Virus record (IMG/VR): IMGVR_UViG_3300013101_000011
Location: 1-54,173 of that record
Source: a virus
Taxonomy: Duplodnaviria > Caudoviricetes
Length of the DNA stretch: 54,173 bases
Reading direction: 5' to 3' (one strand)
Within the stretch, counting starts at the first letter, position 1; each line of letters begins with the position of its first letter. Under the pieces are notes generated by a model. That model was not told the DNA's origin. It ran no database searches and saw nothing but the letters and a program-made list of their open reading frames with translations. The translations under genes and the position numbers were made by a program. Positions 28,845 to 36,722 of this stretch are shown here, one piece after another.

Positions 28845-29594
28845 TTAATCCATTTTCCAGATAATACCTTTACTTCGATCAAGTATTATGAATTCTCGTA
28901 TACCGGTAATAGGTGTTGCATTTGACGTCCCGGAATTAACAATTGTCTTAGCATGCCATGTGTGTCCATTCTCGTCTGTCTTTATAGTTTCAGTTACCAC
29001 TTCCCATGGGTAGCTAATAATTACACCGTATACTCGTAATTGATCACCGTCACAATAAACGGCCGGCCCTCCGCTCATGCCAGGGATTGCAAGTGCATTT
29101 GATCGAATTTTTCTCTGCTCGGTCAAGCGCAATACCATACCTCCATACGAATGCAGATGCGGTCTGTTATATTCCGGAAAGCCTATGTTCCACATTGGCG
29201 TGTGTTGGTATAATAGGCCTTGTGCCATTTTCATTGGGATCCAATCTTCGGGAGATTCTGCTGTTACAATTGCAATATCGCGGTGTTTGTTCCATCCAGT
29301 TATTTCCGATGGGACGATTTCTCCATCAACAAATAATTCTACTTTAGCAACATCAGCATCCCATATACTATGAGCTGCGGTGGCCCATTTGTTCCTTGCA
29401 ACGAGGAAAGCCGTGCTGAGTCCTGTAATTACTCCTTTTTCGTTTAGAGTCTTTATCATTACAATTGGAAGTTCGTTGAAGTCCGCCACACAGGAAGGTG
29501 GAACGATTACGTTTATTGCTGTAGCATTGGCGTTGGTTGTAAATAACAGCAATAAGATAATTAGATATCTTGCTATCACAATAGTATTTATCAA
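28845..29594 (-). CDS. Trypsin-like serine protease with signal peptide
   Basis: TAAH, DIA and GMSGGP catalytic motifs. Confidence 0.85.
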   Translation of the reverse strand: MINTIVIARYLIILLLLFTTNANATAINVIVPPSCVADFNELPIVMIKTLNEKGVITGLSTAFLVARNKWATAAHSIWDADVAKVELFVDGEIVPSEITGWNKHRDIAIVTAESPEDWIPMKMAQGLLYQHTPMWNIGFPEYNRPHLHSYGGMVLRLTEQRKIRSNALAIPGMSGGPAVYCDGDQLRVYGVIISYPWEVVTETIKTDENGHTWHAKTIVNSGTSNATPITGIREFIILDRSKGIIWKMD

Positions 29595-29867
29595 TTAGTC
29601 GTTAGTACAGATTTCTAGTATCCGCTTTGCACTGACGATTGTGCATTTATCTTGTATTTCTTTTATCCTACGCTTTGGAATATCGTAGTGTTTGTGGGTT
29701 GCGCGGGAATGATACCAGCACGGATGTATCCCTAAATCCTGCGCCATCTTGTGTAAATTTTCTACACTGTACGGGAGGCATACTAGATGCCTATTTTGGT
29801 CACAATAGTATTTTAAGTTTAAGGAAATAGTCATAAATAATAGCAGTAGTTTAATAAATGATATCAA
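29595..29867 (-). CDS. DUF4031-like small protein
   Basis: LHKMAQDLGI..W...HYDI motif; start uncertain. Confidence 0.6.
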   Translation of the reverse strand: MISFIKLLLLFMTISLNLKYYCDQNRHLVCLPYSVENLHKMAQDLGIHPCWYHSRATHKHYDIPKRRIKEIQDKCTIVSAKRILEICTND

Positions 29868-29999
29868 AAGGAACTATCAATCAGTTTAGCCCACAGTCTA
29901 TGGGTCTGGTGGAAAACGCTTGTGTTTTAAAGTAATAAATCTAAGATTTATTATGTTTATGTTCAAACACTGTTAGTCGTTTTTTTTACTCTTCTAATT

Positions 30000-30085
30000 T
30001 GGTGGGCCACGAGGGACTCGAACCCTCACTCCTTTCGAAACTGGTACCTAAAACCAGCGCGTCTGCCAAATTCCGCCAGCAGCCC
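30000..30085 (-). tRNA. tRNA-Leu(UAG)
   Basis: CTGGT-TTTAGGT-ACCAG; long variable arm; ACCA. Confidence 0.9.
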
Positions 30086-30091
30086 GTTATT

Positions 30092-30601
30092 CTATTTATT
30101 TACTTTATGTCTAAGCCTATAATATCTGCCCTGACAGGCACTACAGCTTATTCCTAATTTTTTTGCCGCCTCACGTTTTCCTATTCTATCGCAAAGCTCT
30201 ATTAATTCTTTTGGATCCATTGCTGGCTTCCGGCCTCCGTTTTTTGCCTTCGCCCTATAAATTGGATCAGTAGCATATTTCGCGTTTAACGACTTAGACA
30301 AATTCTTTCGATGTTTGTCTGATTTTCCTTGTCCTATTCCACCCTTGCCGCCTACTTTCATATTATAACATTGTTGATCTTTTACCAGCTCTTCAGTTAC
30401 GATTTCGGCCTCTCTACTAAATGCTTCGTCTGCTGTCTCGAATCTTTCGAGTACTTCTCTTTTAAATTTTTTAGTTCCGTACTTTTTAATGGCTTGTAAC
30501 AGAGCTGTCCCGGAACCTTTGTAACACGAATTAGTTAATCCATGGACTCCGATATAATATTTCCCATTAATAAGATTGGTAGTTTTATATAAAATATGCA
30601 C
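30092..30601 (-). mobile_element. Free-standing GIY-YIG (Seg-like) homing endonuclease gene in tRNA operon 2
   Basis: LYKTTNLINGKYYIG, YKGSG, YN...GG motifs; C-terminal HTH. Confidence 0.8.
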
Positions 30602-30650
30602 ATATTTATTTATATGCCATTTACCAATCTTGTATCTTTACTATCAAATT

Positions 30651-30727
30651 TGGTACGCCCCAAGGGATTTGAACCCTCATCAGTCCGGGTAAAAGCCGGA
30701 GGTAATTGCCATTTATACGAAGGACGC
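30651..30727 (-). tRNA. tRNA-Lys(UUU), C38 variant
   Basis: TCCGG-CTTTTAC-CCGGA; ACCA. Confidence 0.85.
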
Positions 30728-30737
30728 ATTAAAAATT

Positions 30738-30813
30738 TGGTGGGTCCGGTCGGGATCGAACCGACGACCAGGAGGTTAAAAGCCAACTGCTCTACCAACT
30801 GAGCTACAGACCC
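30738..30813 (-). tRNA. tRNA-Lys(UUU), mismatched anticodon stem
   Basis: Host-like body; GTTGG-CTTTTAA-CCTCC. Confidence 0.85.
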
Positions 30814-30823
30814 AAATCTAATT

Positions 30824-30914
30824 TGGTGGGACGGGCAGGGTTCGAACCTGCAACGGTGTTATTCACACTCCGGATTAAAAGTCCGGTACCTTCAGCCACT
30901 TCGGTCACCGACCC
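30824..30914 (-). tRNA. tRNA-Lys(UUU), long variable arm
   Basis: CCGGA-CTTTTAA-TCCGG; GTGT/ACAC variable stem; ACCA. Confidence 0.8.
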
Positions 30915-30988
30915 ACATTCTGTGCAAAACGATTATTCGTTGTGCAAAACGTTTTTATTCTTCGGTAAACGTTACAAACCGATTAACT

Positions 30989-31065
30989 TGGTGGGACGCC
31001 CGGGATTTGAACCCGGATCAGCCTGGGTAAGAACCAGGGGTAATTGCCATTTATACGAACGACCC
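30989..31065 (-). tRNA. tRNA-Lys(CUU)
   Basis: CCTGG-TTCTTAC-CCAGG; ACCA. Confidence 0.85.
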
Positions 31066-31142
31066 AAATTTGGGGCAGTTTATTTTAACGGATTCACTAT
31101 CTCCGCCTAGGTCAAGTCTGCCAACAACCTAGCTTGCAAGTT

Positions 31143-31217
31143 TGGTGCTCCGACGGAGAATCGAACTCCGATCGCCGGGTTGAAAGCCCAGTGTTCTAAC
31201 CATTAAACTACCAGAGC
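31143..31217 (-). tRNA. tRNA-Glu(UUC)
   Basis: CTGGG-CTTTCAA-CCCGG; ACCA. Confidence 0.85.
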
Positions 31218-31223
31218 GTAGTT

Positions 31224-31376
31224 TGGTACCCAGGGCAGGAGTCGAACCTGCAAAACAATACGACTATTTCCAGAAACATTGTTACGGCCTTTCTGGTCAT
31301 ATCCGCTCACCCTCTGCTTATTCTTCAGAGGTCACCCCCTTCAGGGAGGGCCGCTTTGCCATTTGCGTACCCGGGC
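31224..31376 (-). ncRNA. Giant 153-nt tRNA-like RNA with Leu-like body and ambiguous anticodon
   Basis: Acceptor GCCCGGG/CCTGGGT, D arm, GCAGG-TTCGACT-CCTGC, ACCA; about 80-nt structured insert. Confidence 0.65.
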
Positions 31377-31383
31377 ATAAATT

Positions 31384-31466
31384 TGGTATGCGGAGAGGGA
31401 GTCGAACCCTCAAGGGCCTTGTTTCTAAAACAAGTAGGTGTACCAATTTCCATTAGCCACCCGCGC
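31384..31466 (-). tRNA. tRNA-Leu(UAG), short variable arm and enlarged D region
   Basis: CTTGT-TTTAGAA-ACAAG; ACCA. Confidence 0.75.
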
Positions 31467-31477
31467 ATAAATAAAAC

Positions 31478-31680
31478 GTTGTAACCGATAGCCAGGATTC
31501 TGTCTTGGACAGTCATTCATCTATTGGCCGTTACCCGAGCATCATAGGATGGAACTTACCTAGCTCTGTTTACGTTGCAAACCCCTTTCGTATATCGCAG
31601 TACCAACGACCGAAGTCTCCTGCACGTTCCGGGCCTGTCCTGAGCTTCCTCACCTTACGGTGCGACTGCCTGGTTACAAC
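31478..31680 (-). ncRNA. rnpB: Minimal RNase P RNA-like gene, about 200 nt
   Basis: P1 GTTGTAACC/GGTTACAAC; CAGTCGC; GAGGAAGCTCAGGA pairs with TCCTGGCT (P4 with bulged U); TAGATGAATGACTGTCCAAGACAGAA 3' conserved block. Confidence 0.85.
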
Positions 31681-31771
31681 TAACTCTAAATCTTATACGG
31701 TTCCTATATCACCCATCGTCACCGTCAACCATTGAGGTAATGAGTAGGTTAGTACCCACGACCTGTTTGCC

Positions 31772-31851
31772 TGGTGTTACTGACGGGGATCGAACCCGCA
31801 TTTTCCTGGGTGAAAACCAAGCTGCCTAGTCCAAGTTTAGCAGACAGTAAC
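31772..31851 (-). tRNA. tRNA-Glu(UUC)
   Basis: CTTGG-TTTTCAC-CCAGG; ACCA. Confidence 0.85.
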
Positions 31852-31870
31852 ATAATTCTTTTGTACAATT

Positions 31871-31944
31871 TGGTGTGTCCCACGAGAATCAAACTCGTTC
31901 CTAAAGGGCCACAACCTCTAATGCTATCACTACACCAAGGACAC
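31871..31944 (-). tRNA. tRNA-His(GUG), atypical (A73, no G-1)
   Basis: AGAGG-TTGTGGC-CCTTT; ACCA. Confidence 0.7.
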
Positions 31945-31968
31945 TTTAAATTGTACTATAATTTACTT

Positions 31969-32044
31969 TGGGGTGACGTACGGGGTTCGAACCCGTTCCG
32001 ACTGAATCACAATCAGCCATGCTTCCAAGTACACCTACGTCACC
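31969..32044 (-). tRNA. tRNA-His(GUG)
   Basis: G-1/C73; GCTGA-TTGTGAT-TCAGT; CCA. Confidence 0.9.
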
Positions 32045-32071
32045 CCAAAATAAACTATTTCTTCTACTCAT

Positions 32072-32103
32072 AAAAAAACCCGACTTGCTTTCGCTGCCGG
32101 GTT
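32072..32103 (-). terminator. Attenuator-type intrinsic terminator of tRNA operon 2
   Basis: AACCCGGCAGCGAAAGCAAGTCGGG-T7; its 5' arm can alternatively pair with leader segment 32158-32169. Confidence 0.8.
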
Positions 32104-32134
32104 CAGTGTAAATCTTTTGTTAGAAGGAAACTAT

Positions 32135-32221
32135 CTAAATAGTCGTTCCTTCCGCCAACACGGAACCCGTACATGATTTCTCATGTAATAAATGTTCGAG
32201 TTTTAGTGTCAGTGTGTTCAT
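32135..32221 (-). CDS. Leader peptide 2 (Leu/Lys/Glu/His sensor), MNTLTLKLEHLLHEKSCTGSVLAEGTTI
   Basis: Codons 6-15 are all L/K/E/H; ATG is 5 nt after GATAAATA; same length as leader 1. Confidence 0.8.
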   Translation of the reverse strand: MNTLTLKLEHLLHEKSCTGSVLAEGTTI

Positions 32222-32336
32222 ATGTTTATTTATCTCTTTTTTAATATTTCGTTAATTTTCTTGTTCAAAAATAAAAAGTTCTCTGTTGGACTGAGCTCCA
32301 ACATTTAATCCGGTCGCAACGTTACGGAAAGAAAAA

Positions 32337-32410
32337 TGGTACTCGGACCAGGTTGAGGGTCTGGATATTAGGAACAAAGTCCCTGCTCTACTCACTTGAG
32401 CTATCCGAGT
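32337..32410 (-). ncRNA. tRNA-like RNA with non-canonical anticodon and T loops
   Basis: Perfect acceptor ACTCGGA/TCCGAGT plus ACCA and a D arm; short anticodon loop; T loop lacks TTC. Confidence 0.6.
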
Positions 32411-32420
32411 ATAAACTGTT

Positions 32421-32627
32421 AAAAGTGCTTTCGGTGGACGGCTAACCTGGGTCTAGGATCAGAAGTAAAAACATATATATTGTAATCACTTTCCAATCTG
32501 TACGACTTGCAGTTAACTCGCAAGCAAGGCTGTCCTAACATGTAAACAAGTCCGTCGACTCTGCTGCTAGTCCCTACACGTTGCATGGATCGGCTACGCC
32601 GTTTCTCCATCTCCCGAAAGAACTCTT
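32421..32627 (-). ncRNA. Putative ~205-nt ncRNA
   Basis: Paired ends (CTTTCGG/CCGAAAG); preceded by a TTGCAA-17-TATACT promoter at ~32646-32674. Confidence 0.45.
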
Positions 32628-32833
32628 CGGCATTTAATTGTTGTAAGTATATATCCTATGCAAATTAATTGCAACAGTTATTTACTCTAAATTTGTGGGG
32701 CTCTTGCCTCCCCTCGACAGTCGTCACCTATGGGATCTTAGTGCCCGGCAGACGAATAAGTCGCTTAGTTCAGGTCACATCATGCATAATGTTTCCACGC
32801 TTGTAGTTTACAGTCTTTGCAGTTTATGTCTAC

Positions 32834-33712
32834 TTATTTGATTATGACATTTGCAATATTATTGCATTTTGCTATTTTATTTAAGACATTCTGTTTATTA
32901 AATGGATCCGGTGTGAAATCCAATTGAGCTATTTTTATCTTGCCCGCTGTTAATCGCACGTCACCTACTTCATATCCAAATTCAGACAGGAGCGTTGCGT
33001 TGGTTCGTTTGTATTCTTCTTCTGCGTTTAATTGGGCAATGCCATCTGAATCGCAAAACCTAATAATAAAGTCCGCGCTATAATGTAGGTATGGAACAAT
33101 GGCATGATGGTCTGTATCATTTGCGACAGCCAATTCCTGTATGGGTTTACCCACATCAGTGTAATGCACATAGACCCCGCCAAAGTCCATTGAGGTAGTA
33201 AACAAGTCGTAATCCTCTGGCGCATACAATTCTGTTTTAGGCAAATCAAAATACACTACTCGTATCTTTCTGCTCTGCGGATCGCCAGAAGATTCGCAAC
33301 GATGTATGGTTTGATTTATGTAACTAAGGCTTTCCCTCAATGCGGGATTATTCAGTAGCAATTGATCTTCTTTCCAAGAATCTAATGTGCCGTGTGTTAT
33401 TTCAAACACCGCATGTAAATAATTTAATGTTTGCTGATCGGTCACGTCTGTTAAGTGTCTGTTAAACAGGCCGGGTTTAATCTCGTTGCATATATCGATT
33501 TTTTGATTCATGAAGGAAACCAACCAATCGTTACTCCACTCGTTATTTAGATTGTAAAACGCCCATGGCTCACTAATAGGATCCTTGCGTTCTTTTGCAG
33601 CATAGAATCTAGCCAGCCACTTGTCTTTGAAATGTGTCTCTTCAAAGGTGCAAGGTAATTCGTAAATCAACGTCGGTGCGGAGGTATGGTTTAATTGGAT
33701 TACTAATTTCAT
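32834..33712 (-). CDS. Hypothetical protein
   Basis: 292 aa, coupled to the TauD-like gene. Confidence 0.7.
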   Translation of the reverse strand: MKLVIQLNHTSAPTLIYELPCTFEETHFKDKWLARFYAAKERKDPISEPWAFYNLNNEWSNDWLVSFMNQKIDICNEIKPGLFNRHLTDVTDQQTLNYLHAVFEITHGTLDSWKEDQLLLNNPALRESLSYINQTIHRCESSGDPQSRKIRVVYFDLPKTELYAPEDYDLFTTSMDFGGVYVHYTDVGKPIQELAVANDTDHHAIVPYLHYSADFIIRFCDSDGIAQLNAEEEYKRTNATLLSEFGYEVGDVRLTAGKIKIAQLDFTPDPFNKQNVLNKIAKCNNIANVIIK

Positions 33713-34620
33713 ACAGGTCGATCACCTTTTATCATTATGCGGCGCATTTCTCTAACATAACCATAATGATCATTATGGGGAGCATGTATGGTGCATCGAT
33801 TATCCCAAATTGCTAAGGTATCTTTTTCCCATTTTAATCGACAGGTGAAGTCTGGAAAGGTTGAATGTTCGATCAGCTTTCGTAAAGTTGGCAGACTTTG
33901 TTCTTGACTTTGGCCGACAAAATGAGCAGTGAAGCTGGAACATACAATCAATGCTTTTCGCCTAGTTACTGGATGAGTCCATACAACAGGATGAACCGAT
34001 TCCTTTTCCCACTCCTTAGAATCCGCAGACTTGTATACACCTGACTTCTTGGTTCCTGGTTTAGGAATTCCAGTGTAAGAAAGCGAATTGGAATAGACTG
34101 CTTTCTTGTATTCCACCTCATCGCGAAGCCATGTAGGCAATGTATCCCAAGCGAGATACTGGTTCGAAAAAGTTGTATCTCCACCAACCGGCGGGGATAT
34201 TATGGAATTTAGAATAGTGAATTTTGGCGGACATTCTTGCGCCAAAGAATCGCCATGCCAACTGCTGCCGAAATTGTATACCGTGTCAGCCTCTGCGCGA
34301 AAGTTAGAGATCTCCGGATACTCCGACATGCCAAAAGAAGTCGGCGCGCAAATCGGCTCGCCAAAACGTCTTGCAAAATCTCGAAATGATTTTGGGCTAA
34401 GGGATTGCTTCCTAGCAAAAAGCATTAGATGATCAGTTAGCGCAGCCTTAAGTTCTGTTTCTGCATTGTCTGTTATATTGGCTAAATCTAGGCCGACAAC
34501 TTCTGCGCCCATCGCCCCAGACATCGGCACAACAGAGAAGTTCTCGTATTCTTTAGGATTCTGTTGTGGCTCGTGTGCGACTGCTGGAAGGTAGTAATAA
34601 GTAGATTGGTATTTGTTCAT
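33709..34620 (-). CDS. TauD/TfdA family Fe(II)/2-oxoglutarate dioxygenase
   Basis: WHGD, GGDT, HPVV..HP, WDNR...H, R motifs. Confidence 0.9.
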   Translation of the reverse strand: MNKYQSTYYYLPAVAHEPQQNPKEYENFSVVPMSGAMGAEVVGLDLANITDNAETELKAALTDHLMLFARKQSLSPKSFRDFARRFGEPICAPTSFGMSEYPEISNFRAEADTVYNFGSSWHGDSLAQECPPKFTILNSIISPPVGGDTTFSNQYLAWDTLPTWLRDEVEYKKAVYSNSLSYTGIPKPGTKKSGVYKSADSKEWEKESVHPVVWTHPVTRRKALIVCSSFTAHFVGQSQEQSLPTLRKLIEHSTFPDFTCRLKWEKDTLAIWDNRCTIHAPHNDHYGYVREMRRIMIKGDRPV

Positions 34621-34725
34621 AGTCTGTTCCTATTTTTACGTACAGTAAAAAAGAAATGATCGTTATCAATTTCTCCAGCATCATCTGCGCCGAATACGAA
34701 TTCAAACATTGCAATGAAGAGAGTT

Positions 34726-35067
34726 TTAATCAATTGTTTCACGCTTTTGTTCAAATACAACAGAGTGATTCCGCTGTCTGTATCCTTTAGTAAAGCCGTG
34801 TTCCGCAGCCCAAAGTGCCAAGTCAACAGCCGCCTTAACAGAGACTGGGTATTCAGCTAATTCAACTTTGACTACGACTTTAGTTGCGCGGTAGTTTTGC
34901 CATACCTTTTTGCAAACATAGGTTTCGCCGGCCATCTCTGCCAGTTCATCCATTGCGTGGACTTGGGTGCTGACCGTTTGCGACCGGTACATATCGTTTT
35001 GTTCTGCAGCATCATCTTTGCAATGAAACGCAGGTTGTTTTGATCTATTTTCTTCGTCAACTTCCAT
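34726..35067 (-). CDS. Hypothetical protein
   Basis: GAGG SD; 113 aa. Confidence 0.55.
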   Translation of the reverse strand: MEVDEENRSKQPAFHCKDDAAEQNDMYRSQTVSTQVHAMDELAEMAGETYVCKKVWQNYRATKVVVKVELAEYPVSVKAAVDLALWAAEHGFTKGYRQRNHSVVFEQKRETID

Positions 35068-35541
35068 AATTAGTTATTCCTCGATGTATCCACGTTTTAC
35101 CAGGTAACCTCGAATCCACCAACCAATGCCGGCACCGATTGCTACGAATACAATTAATATTCCGATTGCCCATAATAGTTCATACATCATGTTTCTCCGT
35201 TTGTGTGGTTTGTGCGGGCAGATCATCTCCACAAAATGAGACGCATGGTTCAGGTACTGCCACGAATACTAGGGCGAGTATTACCATAAGTGTAAACATC
35301 TTAGTTCCTGTTCAAGTTAAAAATATGCAGGGACAGCGCCGAAGTCCATTCTGTGTCCCTTGCATGTTCCAAATTCTTCATATTATCTATAATACTAGAA
35401 TTCAGCTAATGGGTATTTTAGTTCCGTTTCATATTTATATCATCTCTTGGTATCTAATTTAATTAGGTGCCGCTATATTTTCGACATCGCATATCAGCCT
35501 CCTTGGTCGGCGTTAGGTTTAATACATATTACTACATCCAT

Positions 35542-35575
35542 AAAAAAAGAGCAACCCTTTTGGAGTTGCTCTTTT
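35542..35575 (-). terminator. Intrinsic terminator after the PTH2-like gene
   Basis: AAGAGCAAC...GTTGCTCTTTTTTT. Confidence 0.75.
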
Positions 35576-35580
35576 AATTA

Positions 35581-35943
35581 CTACGCAGATATTAACTTTT
35601 CTGCATCCTCGTCCGGCAGATACAGATTGTACTTGCGCATTACTTCTCGCTTCGCTCCATAAAGCGGCTCGGTGGCAATTGCAGTATAACCCGGCAAGTC
35701 CGGCTCGTAAAACATGCAATGATCGACTCCATGGATTCCGATCCTTTCGGACGCTTTAAGTAACTCAGCTTCATTCTCAACACCAAAAAGGATAAGGTGA
35801 AGAGGATGTTCCGGCTTTTCAAATTTCCAACCTGCTTCGTAAGTTGCATGAGCCGCTTGCACGATTTGCTGTGCAGCGGTCAAGTCAGTTCTTATAAAGA
35901 CATAGGTATACGGAATGTGGTCAGTGTTTTCTCTGAATTCCAT
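35581..35943 (-). CDS. Peptidyl-tRNA hydrolase 2 (PTH2)-like protein
   Basis: YVFIRTDL...QIVQAAHA...FYEPDL...TAIA pattern. Confidence 0.7.
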   Translation of the reverse strand: MEFRENTDHIPYTYVFIRTDLTAAQQIVQAAHATYEAGWKFEKPEHPLHLILFGVENEAELLKASERIGIHGVDHCMFYEPDLPGYTAIATEPLYGAKREVMRKYNLYLPDEDAEKLISA

Positions 35944-36320
35944 TACTTTTCTCCTTTTGCCTTAATCTCATCCAATTCACTGCGGATTCTTTCAAGCATC
36001 TCTTGCGAAATTGTTTCGCCAAAGGGTGCAAGTAAATAATCTTTTGTGTGAGGGGATTTGATGCTGTAAAACGCTCGAGCTAACTTGTACTGGTGTTCAG
36101 TAAGCTTGCCGCTATTCTCCGGAGTAGTCCAACCTTTGGTCCAGTCTCGGTTGCGTAAAATTGCATACAATAAAAAGTGCTGGGAGTCTAAAGGCTTCCG
36201 CGCCTTAGCCCATGCTTTGAATGCTGCTGTGAATTCCAGGTAATGTTCCTTTGATGTGAACATGTCGCCGGTTTGTGTTTCTTCGATTTGTGTCTCTTTT
36301 GCTTCTAAAAATGATAACAT
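35943..36320 (-). CDS. Hypothetical protein coupled to the PTH2-like gene
   Basis: GAGGA SD; TAATG overlap. Confidence 0.7.
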   Translation of the reverse strand: MLSFLEAKETQIEETQTGDMFTSKEHYLEFTAAFKAWAKARKPLDSQHFLLYAILRNRDWTKGWTTPENSGKLTEHQYKLARAFYSIKSPHTKDYLLAPFGETISQEMLERIRSELDEIKAKGEK

Positions 36321-36413
36321 GATTTATTCCTCAATAATTAATATGTTTCTGCAGAACCTTGCTGCAGGTAGCAGGATTATTCCTGCGATTAGTTTAGTCG
36401 TAATTCATATTAA

Positions 36414-36464
36414 CTACGGCGGATCATGTAGTGAAGGGACTTAGTTATCTGTAACTTTAATCAT
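36414..36464 (-). promoter_or_regulatory. Leader uORF MIKVTDN-(TAA)-VPSLHDPP-(TAG)
   Basis: GATAAATA then GAGGA SD; in-frame ochre at 36441-36443; Pro-Pro-stop; three hairpins before the next gene. Confidence 0.6.
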
Positions 36465-36540
36465 TTCAAATTCCTCTTGTTGTAAGTTATTTATCATCGT
36501 AAAATATAGTATACAGGTTTTCTATTCATTGTACACTATT

Positions 36541-36722
36541 TTGGTAAAATTTGGTAACGTGGGATGGATTCGAACCACCGTCCTCCGGGGCATTAACCTC
36601 GGGCTATTCCAACGCACAGCCGCAATCGATTCCTCGGGTCGCCTGATCGAGCTCGATACTCTACAGTGCAATCTTTGGTATTGGCCAGTACTCTCAGCTA
36701 CCACGTTACCAAATTTTACCAA
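36541..36722 (-). ncRNA. Large tRNA-like RNA (copy C) within a 22-bp inverted repeat
   Basis: TTGGTAAAATTTGGTAACGTGG inverted repeat; TAGCTGAGA; 12-nt palindrome at 36646-36657; GGTGG-TTCGAAT-CCATC; ACCA. Confidence 0.7.
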
